Origin: Octopus sinensis
Taxonomy: Eukaryota
Length of the DNA stretch: 64,000 nucleotides
Reading direction: 5' to 3'
Assembly (NCBI RefSeq): GCF_006345805.1
Contig: NC_043012.1
Span: 27,218,001-27,282,000 of the forward strand
Below the pieces are notes generated by a model. The model was not told the origin of the DNA. It worked only from the letters and a program-made list of their open reading frames with translations, and did not search any database. The first letter of the stretch is position 1. Every line of letters starts with the position of its first letter. Of this stretch, positions 23,607 to 37,939 are shown piece by piece. A program made the position numbers and the translations under genes.

Positions 23607-23607
<1 letters not shown>

Positions 23608-24880
23608 GAGGGACGTTCAATAAGTAATGCCTCTGACCAACATGCAGTTGTTTGATCTAGCTGAAATTTTGCATGTGCAATTATTTATATCTCTATAGAT
23701 TAAGTGGCAAATTACAGCTCTGAACTAATTGTGGTTTCTGATTTACAGGTGTTTGAACTGAGTCAAATGTGAAATGGAGCCTGTTGAGTGTCGAGCAGTG
23801 ATCCGGTTTTTGTATTTGAAAGGACGCACACCACAGGAGACTTTTGATGAAATGAAAGTAACTTATGGTGATGATGCCCCATCATATGACCTTGTAAAAC
23901 GCTGGCATCATGAATTCAAACATGGTCGGAACTCTGTGGAAACAGCTCCCAGATCTGGTCGCCCCCTTCTGCCATTCATGAGGCATTTGTCCGTTAAGTT
24001 GAGGTTGCCATTTTGGAAGATCGACGCATAACTATTCGCCAAATAGCCCATTAGGTCAAGATTAGTACCAGGTCATGACCATTTGCATATGCAAAAGGTG
24101 TCTGCCAGATGGATTCCCAGGTTGCTCACACCTTTCCAGAAGCAAGAACGCGTCGAGTGCTCGAGGATGAATTTGGAGATGTGCCAAGAAGATGAGTCAA
24201 AATTTTTCAAAAGACTGATTACACAGGATGAAACCTGGGTCCATCACTATGATCCAGAGATCAAACCCCAGTCAATGCAGTGGAAGCACCATGACTCACC
24301 TCCTCCAAAGAAGGCAAGGGTTCAGCCCTTCGCTGGCAAGGTCATGCTCACAGTCTTCTGGGACCAGGACGGAGTAGTGATGACAGATTTCCTGGCAAAG
24401 GGTACCACAATTACAGGAGCCTATTATGCTTCACTTTTGAGGCAATTAAGAGAAGCTATCAAAATCAAGAGGCGGGGCTAGATCAGCAAAGGCATCCTCC
24501 TCCTGCAGTACAACACTCCAGTCTACAACTCACGTGTCGCCAGATCAGAAGCACAGGCGTGCGACTATGAACTCCTCCCCCATCCCCCTACTCTCCTGAC
24601 CTTGCACCCTCTGATTTTCACCTCTTCCCATCCATGAAGTTGTTTTTGAAAGGAAAGTGTTTCCCAGATGATGCAGCCTTGATTTCTGAAGTCACGTCGT
24701 GGTTGGAGGACTAAGCTGGGGTCTTCTACAAAAACGGTCTCCAGAGCTGCATCAAACGAGGGGAGAAATGTGTAACTCTGGGTGGTTCCTATGTAGAAAA
24801 AGACTAATAACTGTGCCAAGTTTCGTTGCTCTACTACTATGGGAAGTGGGTCAGGGGCATTACTTATTGAACGCCCCTCG
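23607..24880 (+). mobile_element. Near full-length mariner transposon (1274 bp), inactivated
   Basis: 32-bp TIRs (cgaggg(a/g)cgttcaataagtaatgcc(t/c)ctgacc); TA on both sides; transposase from 23774 with WIPRLL, TQDETW and PYSPDLAPSDF; stops and frameshifts. Confidence 0.95.
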
Positions 24881-24999
24881 TATATATACACACACACATA
24901 CACATAATGTATATATATATATATATACATACATACACACACATAATGTATATATATATATACACATACATACACACACATGATGTATATATATATATA

Positions 25000-25933
25000 C
25001 TAGCAGCTAAGCCCGGTTTCACCTGGTCAGTTTGGATGATGTGGCTGTAAAACCTGCTCTGTGTAAGCATTCAACTTCTTTGGCCACGCTTACATTAAAA
25101 AGAAAGCTGACCAGAAGAGAATTAATGCATTCGAGCTTTGGTGTTGGAGAAGACTTTTACGGATTGCATGGACAGCGAGGCTCACCAATGGAGAAGTTCT
25201 TAAGCAGATAAGGCCGAAAATGTCGCTAGAAGCTAGGATCACCAAGCATAGAGTGGCATATTTTGGTCATATTATGCGGAGAAAATCCCTGGAGAAGGAC
25301 ATCATGCTCGGAATGGTCAGTGGCAAGAGAGGAAGAGGCTGACCAAGAACCCGCTGGCTTGACACCATCAAGAGTGATACCGGAATGGGCATAGCGGCCC
25401 AGGATAGAACTGACTGGAGGACACTGATCCAACGAGTGACCGAGAGTTGACTTCGACTGAGCGGATAGAGAGAGAGACATTAAAAATCAATTTTAGAATT
25501 ACTTTTTCTGTCAAAGCACTAAAAATAACTGACCAACAAAAAAAAAAAGCAACCAGGATTCAACCAAATCAAAAAATAAACCCAAATACTAAGTGAACAA
25601 AGATGAACCATCCCACTTCTATTGCTTGCTCACACATACACACACAAACACACACACAAATACCTCCCTTTTACATACACACACATATATTTACAGAGTT
25701 GAAATGGTGTTTTATTTATTTTATTTTTTATCCCTTCCCTTTCTCATTCATAAACCCAAGTGTATTATTATAGTAGATTATCTCGGTAACCATAGGGCCT
25801 ATGAAAAAAACTCAAAGCCCAGCATCACCACCGGATCATTCTACACGTGTAATTTTTCATGCAATTCCACCTAGCCATTTGACTGAATCCCATGACAAGA
25901 AAGAATCGCCCACATCAAATTTATATGTATAGA
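25000..25933 (-). mobile_element. Non-autonomous Helitron
   Basis: Minus strand starts TC (25933), ends CTAG (25000) after an imperfect hairpin (ccagg-tgaaa-ccggg); sits between A and T. Confidence 0.6.
25050..25478 (+). mobile_element. BovB-like RTE 3' end nested in the Helitron
   Basis: RINAFELWCWRRLLRI...YFGHIMRR..SLEKDIMLG...RWLDTI. Confidence 0.8.
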
Positions 25934-26625
25934 TAATTCTGTTTCCTTTCATACTGTACATTTTGTGTAGTATAGTATTTGCTGCAATATTGAGGAGAGA
26001 CTAATTTTGTATCACAACCTGTTTTTTAAAAAGTTCTGCCATGGTAATTTCCATTGTTATCATGTTGCTGCTTACCATGGCCGAAAAACTTTGCTTTTCG
26101 TTTTGCATTTGCATTAAATTTTCATTATTTTTATCCTTTTCCATCTCTGGGAAATCTTCGTTCAACAATAAATTGTACTCCATAAGGTGAAAATTTTCAC
26201 AGTAAACAAATTCTTTTAAAAAGGAATAAAATTAGAGGAAAAATAATTTTCGGCAAAAATAACTTTTGACAAAAAATAATTTTTACCCTGCAAAGGGTAA
26301 AAATCGCAATTCTAGTCAGTTGTTGCTTTCACAGTATTTCAAAATTTAAATCTTTTCTGCCCAGAAGGGTGAAAATAACAGTTAACAAATAAATAACAGC
26401 TCAATTCCAACAAGTGCAACAATAATGGTAAAACATTAATTATATAACAAATTCGAACTCACGAACACAAATAAGCAACAACCAAAAAAGCCTGACACAA
26501 GTCTACTGGAGATGATAGCAGCTTACTTCTGCTCATAATATATTTCAAGTGAACACACAGTTGCTAATCTTGCAACAAGCAAAAATGCTAGTTTAAAAAT
26601 CTCTCTAAGAGATAATTGCAGTTGT

Positions 26626-26783
26626 TGTAATATTTGTAGCCACTTTAACATGGCTGTCCATTCGAGTGGACTCCTCCAGCTGGTTAATGATGCATCCAAT
26701 AAAATTGCAGGCAGGGGAGCAAACCCTTACCATCATACCAGTCCTGCATTCATTTCTTAGGTTTTAGAACTAGCACCTTTGCT
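26626..26783 (+). repeat. Partial second copy of the 21962 repeat
   Basis: Shared gtaatatttgtagccactttaacatggctgtccatt. Confidence 0.65.
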
Positions 26784-27140
26784 TATATATATATATATAT
26801 ATATGGTATTCTGTATATCTTACTTAATGCCATTAGTAGTGAATTTTTACCCAACTTGTTGGCTATTTACAACACTAGTGGTCTGCTAATCACTATTTTT
26901 TTTTTCTGTATAAGTAGAGGCTAAATTTGTCTACAGATGTAACTGCTCAAAGAAGCAGAAATCTAGATTTAGCAATTCCACCACAACTGATGGATGCTTC
27001 TTGTCTGCTACTGATATACTTATGTGCTTTTGGGCACTATACATTTATACAAGACACAGATTTCTGGGTTTTTTACAGTATACTTATAAGATATACAGAC
27101 AGCTATTTTGAACTAATGCTTATGCTGCTTCTGTCACTAG

Positions 27141-27181
<41 letters not shown>

Positions 27182-27184
27182 CAC

Positions 27185-27880
27185 ACACTATCATCATCAT
27201 TTAACAAGTGTTCCATACTGGCATGGCATGGGTTGGACGATTTGATAGTAGCTAGCTGGCAAGCTGGGGAACTGCAACAGGTTCCAATTGTCTGTTTTGG
27301 CATAGTTTCTACGGCTCGATGCCCTTCCTAATGTCAACCACTTTACAGAGTGTATTGAGTGCTTTTTATGTGGCACTAGCAAGATTGCATAGTAACTTAC
27401 AAGACAGTTACCTCTTAGCTGAAAGAAGGTGTGAAACCAAGGAAAGTGTCTATGTGCCAAGCAAGAGGTTAGAGTATGATGGACAGAGACAGTTGTCATA
27501 CTATAGAGGAGATAAATTTGCTGTCCCCAAAGAAGGGAAAGGAAGGTGGGAGAGAGTTAGGGAAAAAGATAGAGAAACAGTAAGAAAGAGAGAGAAATTG
27601 ATGATGTTGGAAATGCATTGGGGCCTGGCTGCAGAGTGAATGGGTATAAGTACTACAGAGGGGATAGAGGTGGTGGTTCATAAGAGTGTGAGGGAAACTG
27701 GGAGGGGGTAAGGAAGATATGTGAGGACATGCAGAATGTGTAGGTAGGTAGATGAATGAGAGTGGAGGGGCATGCAACAGGTGTTGGGGAGATCGGAGAG
27801 TTTTGACAAAGGTTAGATATTTGCATGTCAGGGGGTGGGGGGCATGGCTGTAAATAACATATGGGTGTATGGCCATGATT
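27185..27880 (-). mobile_element. RTE-type 3' UTR copy
   Basis: (cat)n tail at about 27190; purine-rich body on the plus strand. Confidence 0.65.
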
Positions 27881-27894
27881 ATCTTTGACTTGTT

Positions 27895-28230
27895 TTAGTC
27901 ATTTGTAGCTATGCTGGGACACCACCTTGAAGAATTTCTAATTGAATGGATTGACTCCAGTCCTTATTTCTTTTTAAAGCCTGGTGCTTATTCTATTGGT
28001 CTCTTATGCCAAACTGCTACGTTATGGGGATGTAAACACACCAACACCAGTTGTCAAACACAGACATAAAGACATGCATACATGTGACGGTTTTCTTTCA
28101 GTTTCTGTCTACCAAATCCACTCACAAGGCTTTGATAGGCCCAAGACTATAGCTCAAGGTGCCACACAGTGGGACTGAATCCAGAACCATGTGGTCAGGA
28201 AGCAAGCTTCATACCACAGAGCTACACTTA
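27895..28230 (-). mobile_element. tRNA-derived SINE, second family
   Basis: Reverse complement of the 52205-52535 family (ggttc.gg.ttcagtcccactg.gtggcaccttg...). Confidence 0.8.
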
Positions 28231-28899
28231 TGTCTAGATATATTTTATTAAAACTGAAAAAAACTCAAAAACAACTATTCATCAGACTGATACAGAATAA
28301 TGAAATTTTATAAATCCTGAGTATATATAATATTTTGCTGATACCAGTTCAATGTATAAGCATTTAAATCTGATTGGGTAACTAATTTGTAAAATAATGG
28401 TGCATTAATGGCAGCAAATTACAATAGACTGTAGCAGAAAAATAAGTATAAACAATAGTTGAATTGAAAAATTTTGTGTAAGAAAGAGTAAAAAGATGCA
28501 GAATGTAATAGACTATGTCAAGAAATAAATATTGCAAATGATTAAAAGAAATATAATAGAAGTTAGAAAAAGGTAGGGGATTAAATTGAAATCAAAATTA
28601 AAATTAAAGATTAAAAGCGAAAGTTGAGATTAAAATAAATAAATAAAAATATAATAATAAAGGAAAAGTAAAAAAAAACAACCCAAATCCCTGATATGGA
28701 GTTTTTAAGTAATATCTAAAGAAAAGATATTTGTAGTTAGTATGCAAAACCTTTAAACTGAATCAACCAGACCTTATCTGAGCAACTTGTTAACCATCTG
28801 TTTTCTATTATTGAATAATTTATAATTTTATACTTTTAATTTCATTATATTATTAATTTTTCTACATTGTTATATTTATGTGTATACATAAGTGTACAT

Positions 28900-30985
28900 G
28901 TATCTGCACATATATGAGTGTATATGTTCAACTCCTGTTGCAGATGTGTTCTGTATCCTCTGTATAGCTAGTACGGGTGGCTATCTGAGCAGCTGAGGGC
29001 ATATCTGAGATGGCCATTATGATTATCAGTCATCCTAAGACAGTGTCATGTGGGACACCACTCACTATTTGTGTTTCCATGGATATAGCTCCATTGGCCA
29101 CCACAGCCTGGCTTCTATCTTACAAAAAGTCATGTAGCCACTCCAAGTATTCCAGTTACACCAAGATCACACTGCTTGTGACATACACCATGATCAACTT
29201 TATCACAAGCTACATCTGATTCCACTTATGCCTAATTTTCTGTCATCACTTTTGCACTTTGCCATACATGTACACTGATGTTGCACATCCATTGGATCAT
29301 GCTAGCTTCATTTCTCTTTGGTCTTCATATGTCCTTTGCATTCAGAGTCCATGTCTCATTACCGTGGAGCATAGCCGTCTGTACACAAGGATCATACAAT
29401 TTGCCTTTCCCTCTGAGAGAGAAGCTTTTCATTGCCAACAGATGTAATAACTCTCTGAACTTTCTCCATCCTATACTTATTCTAGCAACTACACTTTCAG
29501 AACATCCACTGCTACTGTTAATTTGGTCACCTAAGTAACAGAACTATCTACAACTTCTAAGGAGCCTCCTGGGCATTTGAGAAAATTTAATTCCTGTGTG
29601 CCTTTAGTAGAGTTTATTGCATTGCATTTGCCACATAGTCTCCTTTCTCTGTTGAGCTATTTGTGATGCCATTATGCCCCTTATGTGGCCAAAGCTTGCA
29701 CTAGGTGCATTGAATGGAATTCCTTCCAACACCTTACCTACACATTCAATAAAGCCATTTACCTGACAGAAAGAGTGTCTTATTTGCTTTCTACAACTTT
29801 GGTCTTTCTTAAGTTAACTTTAAGGTCCTTTGATTCCAGGTTTTACATCCATACATGGAATTTCTTTTCCAATTCTGCTATAGATTCTACTATAAGAGCA
29901 TGATTATCAGTATATAGTAGTTCCCACAGGCAGCCAGTCACGAATTTCTGAGGGAACTGAAGGCAGAGCCCTGGTGAACTTTTTCAAGTACACTCCATTC
30001 ATGGCTGACTGCCAATCTACTGAAAGACCCCTATACATGGTTTGTATGGCTGTAAGAAACCAGTCATCAAATCCTAATTTCCTTAAAGATCACAAAATAA
30101 TAGAGTGAAGGACTCTATTGAAAGCTTTCTCTGGGTACAATGGTTTACTTTTGGCTAGATACTTCTGTAGTTGTAGCACTCTACTATGGCACAAACTGCA
30201 TCTCATCTAGTCTACTCTTTTCCTAATCAATTCTCACTGCAATTTTTGTGACCTAGTCTCGCAGTTTGATACCACTCTGTTTCTAAGGTATTTCTTTCAC
30301 ACTTGTAGCAGTTGATTATAATACTCTACACCAGTCATTGAGTATGACACTTTTCTGCATTACCTGATTAACTATACCAGTGACAAGGCTATATCCTACA
30401 TCACCACATATTTAAGCATCTCAGTCCTTAATTAGCCCATATCCTTAATTGCTTTAGCTACCAGGGTACTGCTGTCAACTCTGATGACTGGTCCCTCAGT
30501 TGGGTCTATATTCAAATGACTGTCCTTCTATGCATTCTCCACATTCAGTAACCTTTCATAGTGGGACTTCCATGCCTCTTTCTTAGAATCATTAAGTGCA
30601 AGAATACTATTAGCCATTTGCACACATTTTCCATCTATAACGTCTCTATTCTCTCTGATACACTGATTGCAATCCAGAACACCTCATATCTCTGATCCTT
30701 ATGCAGTAGAACATTGGCAAATCTATTTGCTGCCTCTCCCTTTGCTATGTAAATCTCTTACTTCTGCTTCCACCATTTTCCCAGTCATTCCAAGCCTGTC
30801 ACTTTGCTTTTATAGCACTGTCTACCTCCTTGTTCCACCACCATGGGTCTTTGCATCAACCACAGCCTTGGTCTGTAGCCCTCAGGAAGTTGCTCCACAA
30901 AACCTTCCAGTTGTGTTCTATCCTTCTCATCAGATGTTTTGAATTGCAGCTGGTTTGCTGGGTCTTTGAGTTTTCCTAACATCCT
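28900..30985 (-). mobile_element. Old degenerate RTE LINE
   Basis: Colinear with the RTE copies at 2.4-5.9 kb and 54.8-57.2 kb. Confidence 0.8.
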
Positions 30986-33900
30986 TTTTGAGACAGGTGT
31001 TCCTCTGTGTCTTTCTGAAGTTATTAACTACAAACCTATGTTGAGTTGTTCATTCTTAATACTGATAAAGTTATTATGTTAAGAGGTAATATTTAACTTA
31101 ATGAATTGAAGTTACTATATTAGAAGCTAAGTTAAGTGTTGTGGAATGCAATAGTCTAATAGTTGACTTTATTCTAATATTCTTTTACTTGCTTCAGTCA
31201 TTTGACTGCGTCCATGCTGATGTACTACCTTTTATTAAAGATTTGGTAACATTATGATGGGGTTGAAAATTTTCAAGAATTTTAAAGAATATCTGCAGAA
31301 TTTTTGTTTTAACATTTATTGATAAGGAAAATCATATCAAGTAATATTTTGATTTCTGATTATTTTTTTTTAGCAATAAGCATTGGTTGATTATTATTAG
31401 TCAGAATATGTATAAGAATTTTCATTTACTTTAGAAAATGAATTTATATTAAAGACAAAATTAGCAATCATAGACTGAGAGCTGAATATGAGCTGATTAT
31501 CAGTAAGTATATAAGTGATAATGTTTTTATTATACCCACTGAAACAACTGTAGAAAACAATTGAATTATGAAACATTTTTGAAATTTATGCTTTACTGCC
31601 TTTTCTTTATTACATATGTGTGTGTGTGTGTATACACCTACATATAATGGAACTTTGTTCAGTTTCTATCCACTGTATTCCCTCATTAGGAATTGTCAGT
31701 CCAGGGCTGTAGCAGTAAACAAAAACAATTAACAAAACAAGCAAAATGTATTCTTAGTTATTGTCTCCTTTTCTTTCCATGTTTCCACTTGTATTTTGAC
31801 TTCCCTCAGAATAAAATCAACTATCTGACTGAGAAGTAATGTAGCAGGTCTTTGCCTCAGATTGAACCTGAAACTCATATTTTCCAGTTTCTTGTCAACA
31901 ACAACCAGACAATGCTATAAAGAAATGAACCAATCATGTTCTTTGGCCAGACTGACTGCCATCAGCAAAATAACTGACCATTAAAAATTGCAAAATACTT
32001 GATGTCATCAGGAGACAATCTAGTTACAGTTGCTAAGGTCTCCCCAAAATAGGCAAAAACAATGAGTGACCAGTCAACAAGAATTTGAATGCAGACAGCA
32101 GCACATCAGCAACCTTTCAGTAATTAGCAACTAGATCTGGCAAATACAAAAAACTGTGATAAACACTACCATGAAAATAATTGTTTTCCATTTTCTGTTA
32201 TTGTAGGCAGTTGTGATTGGTAATTCTTCTTGTAATGAATGCTGTATGAAGAAATGAAACCAGGACTTCCTTGTATTTTCACTTCATATAACTGTTTCAC
32301 TTGGCTCCACTCTAATGAATACTGTCTTCTCGTATTAGCTAGTATTTTTATATATTGTCAGTAGAATGACTCACTATATTAAAATTTCATTAATCTGCTT
32401 TTGTCTTGAAAGTGGCAGGGCTTAAAAGTAGAAAACAATATCTTTAGAAGTATCCACTTTGTTGTAAACATTGAATCAGGCACTCAAGAAAAAGAGAACA
32501 CTCATTCTCTTGATGTTCACAGATGTATTTTCCTTTTTACTTAATCAAAATTTGAAGTAAATTACAAAAATAATTGTAATTTAGTGTTTCACAGGTAGAA
32601 TTTTCTTTTTCTTTCATAAAATGCTTAAATATATGTAAAACTGTGATAAATAGAGTCTGCAATGTCATGTTTCAAGCTCTATAAATTTTTACACTCTGAA
32701 AATACTTTGCTGCTTAATTCACCTACAAAATCTTATAATTTTACAGATAATATTTTTTCTTTACTTTCAAGTTGCTTTCTTCTTCCAATAATATCTGAAA
32801 AATTGTCTAAATTTCAAATAAAAAAGAAAAATATTTAAATATAAATTAGAACCTGAACTTCTAACTCTGTAAAAGATACATTCTAAATTTGGTTAACTTG
32901 GAGGAAAATAGAAAGTGCTTCTGAAGGCAAATGTTGATATTGTGTCCCCAGGAAAAAACACTGTAACACTTCAAGCAAAATTAACAAATGATCATTATCA
33001 TTAGAGAATTTAGAAGATATGCTACCAGTTTTTGGTGAACTAACTCAATGACTGAATTTTAATAACTAACTGAAACTGTTTGTTTCACTTACTTTTCTAA
33101 TGCCCTTGTAAAAACATAAATAACTTCCTACTTTCTTTCTTCTAAATATAAACACATTTTAACATAAAAAGTCTTTAACAAATATATTTCTAAAGAAAAC
33201 ACATTTTAAACAATGCTTTTATGTGTTTGTGTGTGCATGTGTTATTGATACAAAAGTTTTCTAGGCAGGTATCTTTGTCTTTTCTGATTTTGATTAAAAC
33301 AACATTTTGAGCAGTTTGGTGTCCATTTGTCAAATATATTTATTTCTTGTGATTTACATTTATGTAATTAACTATTCAATGTACAAACTTTGAACAAAAA
33401 CAATAAATTTCAACAAGATTTACTAAGTTAAATAACTTTTCTTCCATTCACTTTCATCATATTAGGGATTTTTATCCTAAGATAGGAAATATTCTTAACA
33501 AAAAGAGTGAAAGAAAATATAAATAGCATCAAATATCATTGATGTTTTGGAATAAATATTTTACTGAATTAGAATTAATCCCTCCTCATAGCACACATAT
33601 TTTATTCAATTTTGCAAACTTTATAAAACTGTTTTGCATGTATAGATAATCGTCAGTTTCCTTAAATTCTTAATATACTTTCTTTAGAATTAAGAAGTTT
33701 ATGAAAATAAGACTAGAGAATGAAAGAGTAGAAAAGAAGGGAAAAAGAGAAAATACGATAAATTTAAGTGTTTCAAAATATTTTACATTTGAAATAAAAT
33801 AAGAAATGAAAATACTAATAAAATTAAAAGATCATTGGAAAATAATCTCTTCATAACATAAATAAAAGTGTAGCAAAATCTGATGAATTAACAATGTTAA

Positions 33901-35897
33901 TAAAGTAAGAAAATGAACATAAATTTTTCTTATTCTCTCATTTAATTTAAACAGATTTACTGTAATTGCAACTGTTATTTATTTTAGTTTTTTTCAAATT
34001 ATTAAGACAAAAAAAAAAAAAACAGAAAAAGAAAAAAAAGCATTATAAAAATTAATGCTAAAAACGTGTTCTATATATATTTTTAAAAATGCATATATTT
34101 TTCTTACTAAACATACAATTTTTTATTTCATAAAATAAATCTCATTTTTGTTTGTGGAAATTTTTAATATTTGGTTAGCAGCTGTAATCACTAAAAAAAA
34201 AAAATAAATAAATAAAAAACAGAAGGTAATGTTAATTTTACTATTTCTTGTTTTGTTCTCTCATTTCTTAGTATTTAACATACTTTTCTGTAGACACTTA
34301 ACTCGCACTGAACTTTGCCTATTTACAAGTGAGATTTCAGTGCTGCATCAGCATAATTGAATAACAATTATAAAAGGTAATAATATCAACAAAATTAATA
34401 TTTCAGAAATGATTTATTAATTGAAGTGAATTCAGTAGATTTTTTTAAAATCTTTATCAATGAAAAATGTTTTCCCTTATTCCCTGATAAAAAGTCAGAC
34501 TCAGAACTGATACCTGTGAGTAAATCCTGGTTGAAGTATTGCTTGAGATGCTAACATTATTTCTTGCTAGGATTTGTTCTTTTTAATAAAATTCATAAAA
34601 TTCAGGTGGTGTGGTGAAATTGTAACCATTTAAAATTGATTCAAATGTTAGCAAAGCCTAAATTTGACAAATATTTGGTTCCTTAAATAAATTAGCACAT
34701 TTTTGATATGTGCAAAGGGATTAACATTATTTCTGAAGTGATCTTGGAAGTATAGAGCAAATAGAGTCAATCAAATAAATATAAAGCAAGAGTCAATGAA
34801 AGGGAGGCATGTTTTCATGTCATATTAAAACAAGAGGGTTCATGTTCTTTGTTAATAGACATTTCCTTGAAAGTTTTTATTTTCTTAAAAAAATATGAAC
34901 AAATGAAATATGAATAAGTGACTAAAATAAAAATTAAATAATATAAACTTTTATGAAAATAAAATATTATAAAATAATTACTGAAGAATAGGAATGATTT
35001 ATACAAAAAAAAAAAAAGCTAAAGAAACAAAATGTTCTGTTGTGAAAATTACTAAAAAAAAAAACTGTTTGATTCAATTGAATTAATATTAGTACATACT
35101 AAATTATAGTATGTTATTTTTAAAAATGCACAAGGACAATATCATAAATCAATTTCTGTGATTTGGGCAAGTTCATACAAAATTTGAATACAGAAAGAGC
35201 TGTGGGGAAAAATGAATAAATATAAAAAAAAAATATCAGCAGGGATGAGGTGATATAACAGAAATTAGTGCCAGCAGCAAAAGCCTTTTTTATTATTATG
35301 ATATATATATTTATCAGCAGATTAAAAAAAAATGAAATTATCTATTTCCAAGACACATAGCTTTCAATTATCCATTTGTGAATCCTTATACTTTCTGTAG
35401 TTACACTGATTCATTAGACATTAATTTATTCTTTAAAATTATTATGAAGCTGAAGTATAGGAAGGACAGGCAAAAATAGCCCAATATAGCTGTCTAGTAC
35501 TAGGGAAAAACTGTAAACTGTTTGCAATTGAAAGGCCTGGTTGATTTTAACTGGGCACTATTAGAGAGACAGATAGAGAAAAATTCTACTTAAAAATAAT
35601 AGTGGTAATTGAATTAATCATCTAAAGAGATCTAACATTAGCCAGTAGATTCATAAACTGTTGTGTAAAAAAACTTGAGAAACTGAAACTGTATATTTAG
35701 AAAGAAAGATTGGAGAGGCAGATACATCACAAAGATGACTGACTATTTAATGAAGCAAACTGGTATTGGTATATCTAAGAGAACAACAATAACAGCAGTA
35801 TTGGCAGCCCAGCAAAATTAGTAGCATCACTTGAACAGCAATAGTAAGAACAGTGATGGAATATAAAAGGTAATATAGTCTTCTATTTTTCTTATTC

Positions 35898-35936
35898 TCA
35901 CATCTGACAATAGTAAGGACCACGCAGCTTCAGGAA
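35898..35936 (-). CDS. SHOC2: SHOC2 terminal coding exon (FLKLRGPYYCQM*)
   Basis: ttccAG acceptor; phase 0 after a 124-bp intron; resembles the SHOC2 C-terminus (FLKMQGPYRAMV in human, recalled). Confidence 0.9.
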   Translation of the reverse strand, partial: FLKLRGPYYCQM

Positions 35937-36060
35937 CTGGAAAAATAAATAAAAAACTGAATTATCAAAACATTTGATAAATAGAATATTCACAAAAAGT
36001 GACAAATTCAGATTTAAGTGAAGAAAATATAAAATAATAAAATGTCAACAATGTAATAAC

Positions 36061-36230
36061 CTGAATAACAAGAGATGGTCCTTTGTTTACAATTTCTCCA
36101 GGAATTTGACTCAGAGGGCAATTTTCTATGCTCATAATCTGTAAGTTTCCACATAAAGCCAATTCATATGGGAGACTGTGAAGTTCAGGGTTGTCATTTA
36201 TATATAAAGACTCCAAATTTTCAAGACAAC
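36061..36230 (-). CDS. SHOC2: SHOC2 penultimate coding exon (last LRR and cap: [39 protein letters not shown]...)
   Basis: ttttAG acceptor, GT donor; close match to SHOC2 [25 protein letters not shown]...IMSIENCPL. Confidence 0.95.
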
Positions 36231-36379
36231 CTAAAAAGAACAAAATCAACATTATTGCTTATTAAAATGTTTTAAACTTCATGTTTTATATATTTTTTAT
36301 CATTTACTCATTTCAGTCATCAGACTGTGGCCATACTCTGGCATCACCTTGAATTTATATATATATATATATATATATA

Positions 36380-36545
36380 CGATAGGCTTCTTCCAGTTTT
36401 CACCTACTAAATCCATACACAAGGTTTTGGTTGGCTTGAGGCTATTGTAGAAGACACTTGCCCAAGGTGCCATGCAGTGGAACTGAACCCAGAACCATGT
36501 GGTTGGGAAGCTAGCTGCTTACCACACAGCTATGCCTGCACCTAT
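36380..36545 (-). mobile_element. SINE, second family
   Basis: Same family as 27895-28230. Confidence 0.8.
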
Positions 36546-36606
36546 ATCATTTTTTATAGAATAAATACTGCTAGATAAAATAATGTAGTTATTTATTAGT
36601 TTATGG

Positions 36607-36920
36607 TGAAGGTACATAGCTCAGTGGTTAGAGTATTGGGCTCACAATCATGAGGTAGTGAGTTTGATTCCTGGACTGGGCTATGTGTTGTGTTCTTGAG
36701 CAAGACACTTCATTTCATGTTGCTCCAGCTCACTCAGCTGTAGAAATGAGTTGCAACGTCACTAGTGCCAATCTGTATCAGCCTTTGCCTTACCCTTGGA
36801 TAACATCAGTGGCATAGAGAGAGGAGGCTGGTATGCATGGATGATTACTGGTCTTCCATAAACAACCTTGTCCAGACTTGTGCCTCGGAGGGGAATTTTT
36901 TGGTGCAATCCCATGGAGAG
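36607..36920 (+). mobile_element. tRNA-derived SINE, third family
   Basis: A-box-like tagctcagtggttagag, B-box-like gagtttgattcc, then ttgagcaagacactt. Confidence 0.7.
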
Positions 36921-37939
36921 TGAGATTCATTTACAAAAACATGAATGATATACAATTACCAGCTGGGACAACATTAAATGTTTTATCACTGAACCAGTCA
37001 CAACTCAAAGTAAACAAGTCTAGATTTTGGGGAGGATACAAAAATATAAATACCAATTTAATCATTTTCTTTCAATAAAAATACTTTTTCCTTGGTTGCT
37101 ACACAGTTTGAATATAAGGTCATTAACTTCAGGATCTTTGAATCATCCATTCTAAAGACCTTTTGGCGGGGAAGACTACCAAAAGTTACAAGTGAAAAAT
37201 TCTGTATCATAAGTAGGCTGATTGTTGATGTCTGTTCATTGAAAATAGTGCTTCAGCCTACATATGAAGCATGGAGTAACTTTTCCTCAACTGTGTGTTC
37301 CTATATGTACATATACATGCACATAAATACAATCATAGGAAAATATTAAACTTTCCACATAGTGTTTTTTATGTTATTCTACAGTTATCTTCAAACTTTG
37401 TTTTTATACCAATTAAAAAATTACAGTGCACATACAAGCACAAATATAAATGCATATAAAAACCAGTCATCATCCATAAATGAATAAAGCTTGGTAACAT
37501 GTATCATGCAATTAGTTAATTGTTTTTGATGACTATATAGTTGTGAGCAGACACTGACATCCACTCAACTATCTCACTCATTGAACCGGCCTATCTGGAA
37601 GCAGAGAAAGATGCACTAGCATTCAGCTGGTACTTGTTTTTATTCTGAGTATACAGGAATAACATGAAATGAAATGACATGCTCAAGACCATAATGAGCA
37701 GCCTGATTCAGGAATTATACTTGATGCAAGGCTGGCTTTTGCTGACGATCTTATTGTAACAGTGAAGTCATGTGATACAGTAGTGCCAGCCACTAGTACA
37801 GATGATCATTTCATTAACCAATGTAGTTGGTGCGAGATGGTAACTCGAGAAGTATACAGCAGTTTAAGGTGTCCTACACAACACATTCAATTAAAATTGA
37901 ATGTGCTAATTATCATATATATAAGTATGGATTGTGGCC

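Noticed and set aside
26001-26183. 60-aa minus-strand ORF rich in M/N/E
   Set aside because: No motif or splice context; cannot be assigned from sequence alone.
21962-26783. The two LTR-like repeats as the ends of one retrotransposon
   Set aside because: No PBS, PPT, gag-pol remnants or TSD; the interior is unrelated elements.
36607-36680. tRNA gene
   Set aside because: A/B-box-like head continues into a SINE body; no complete cloverleaf.
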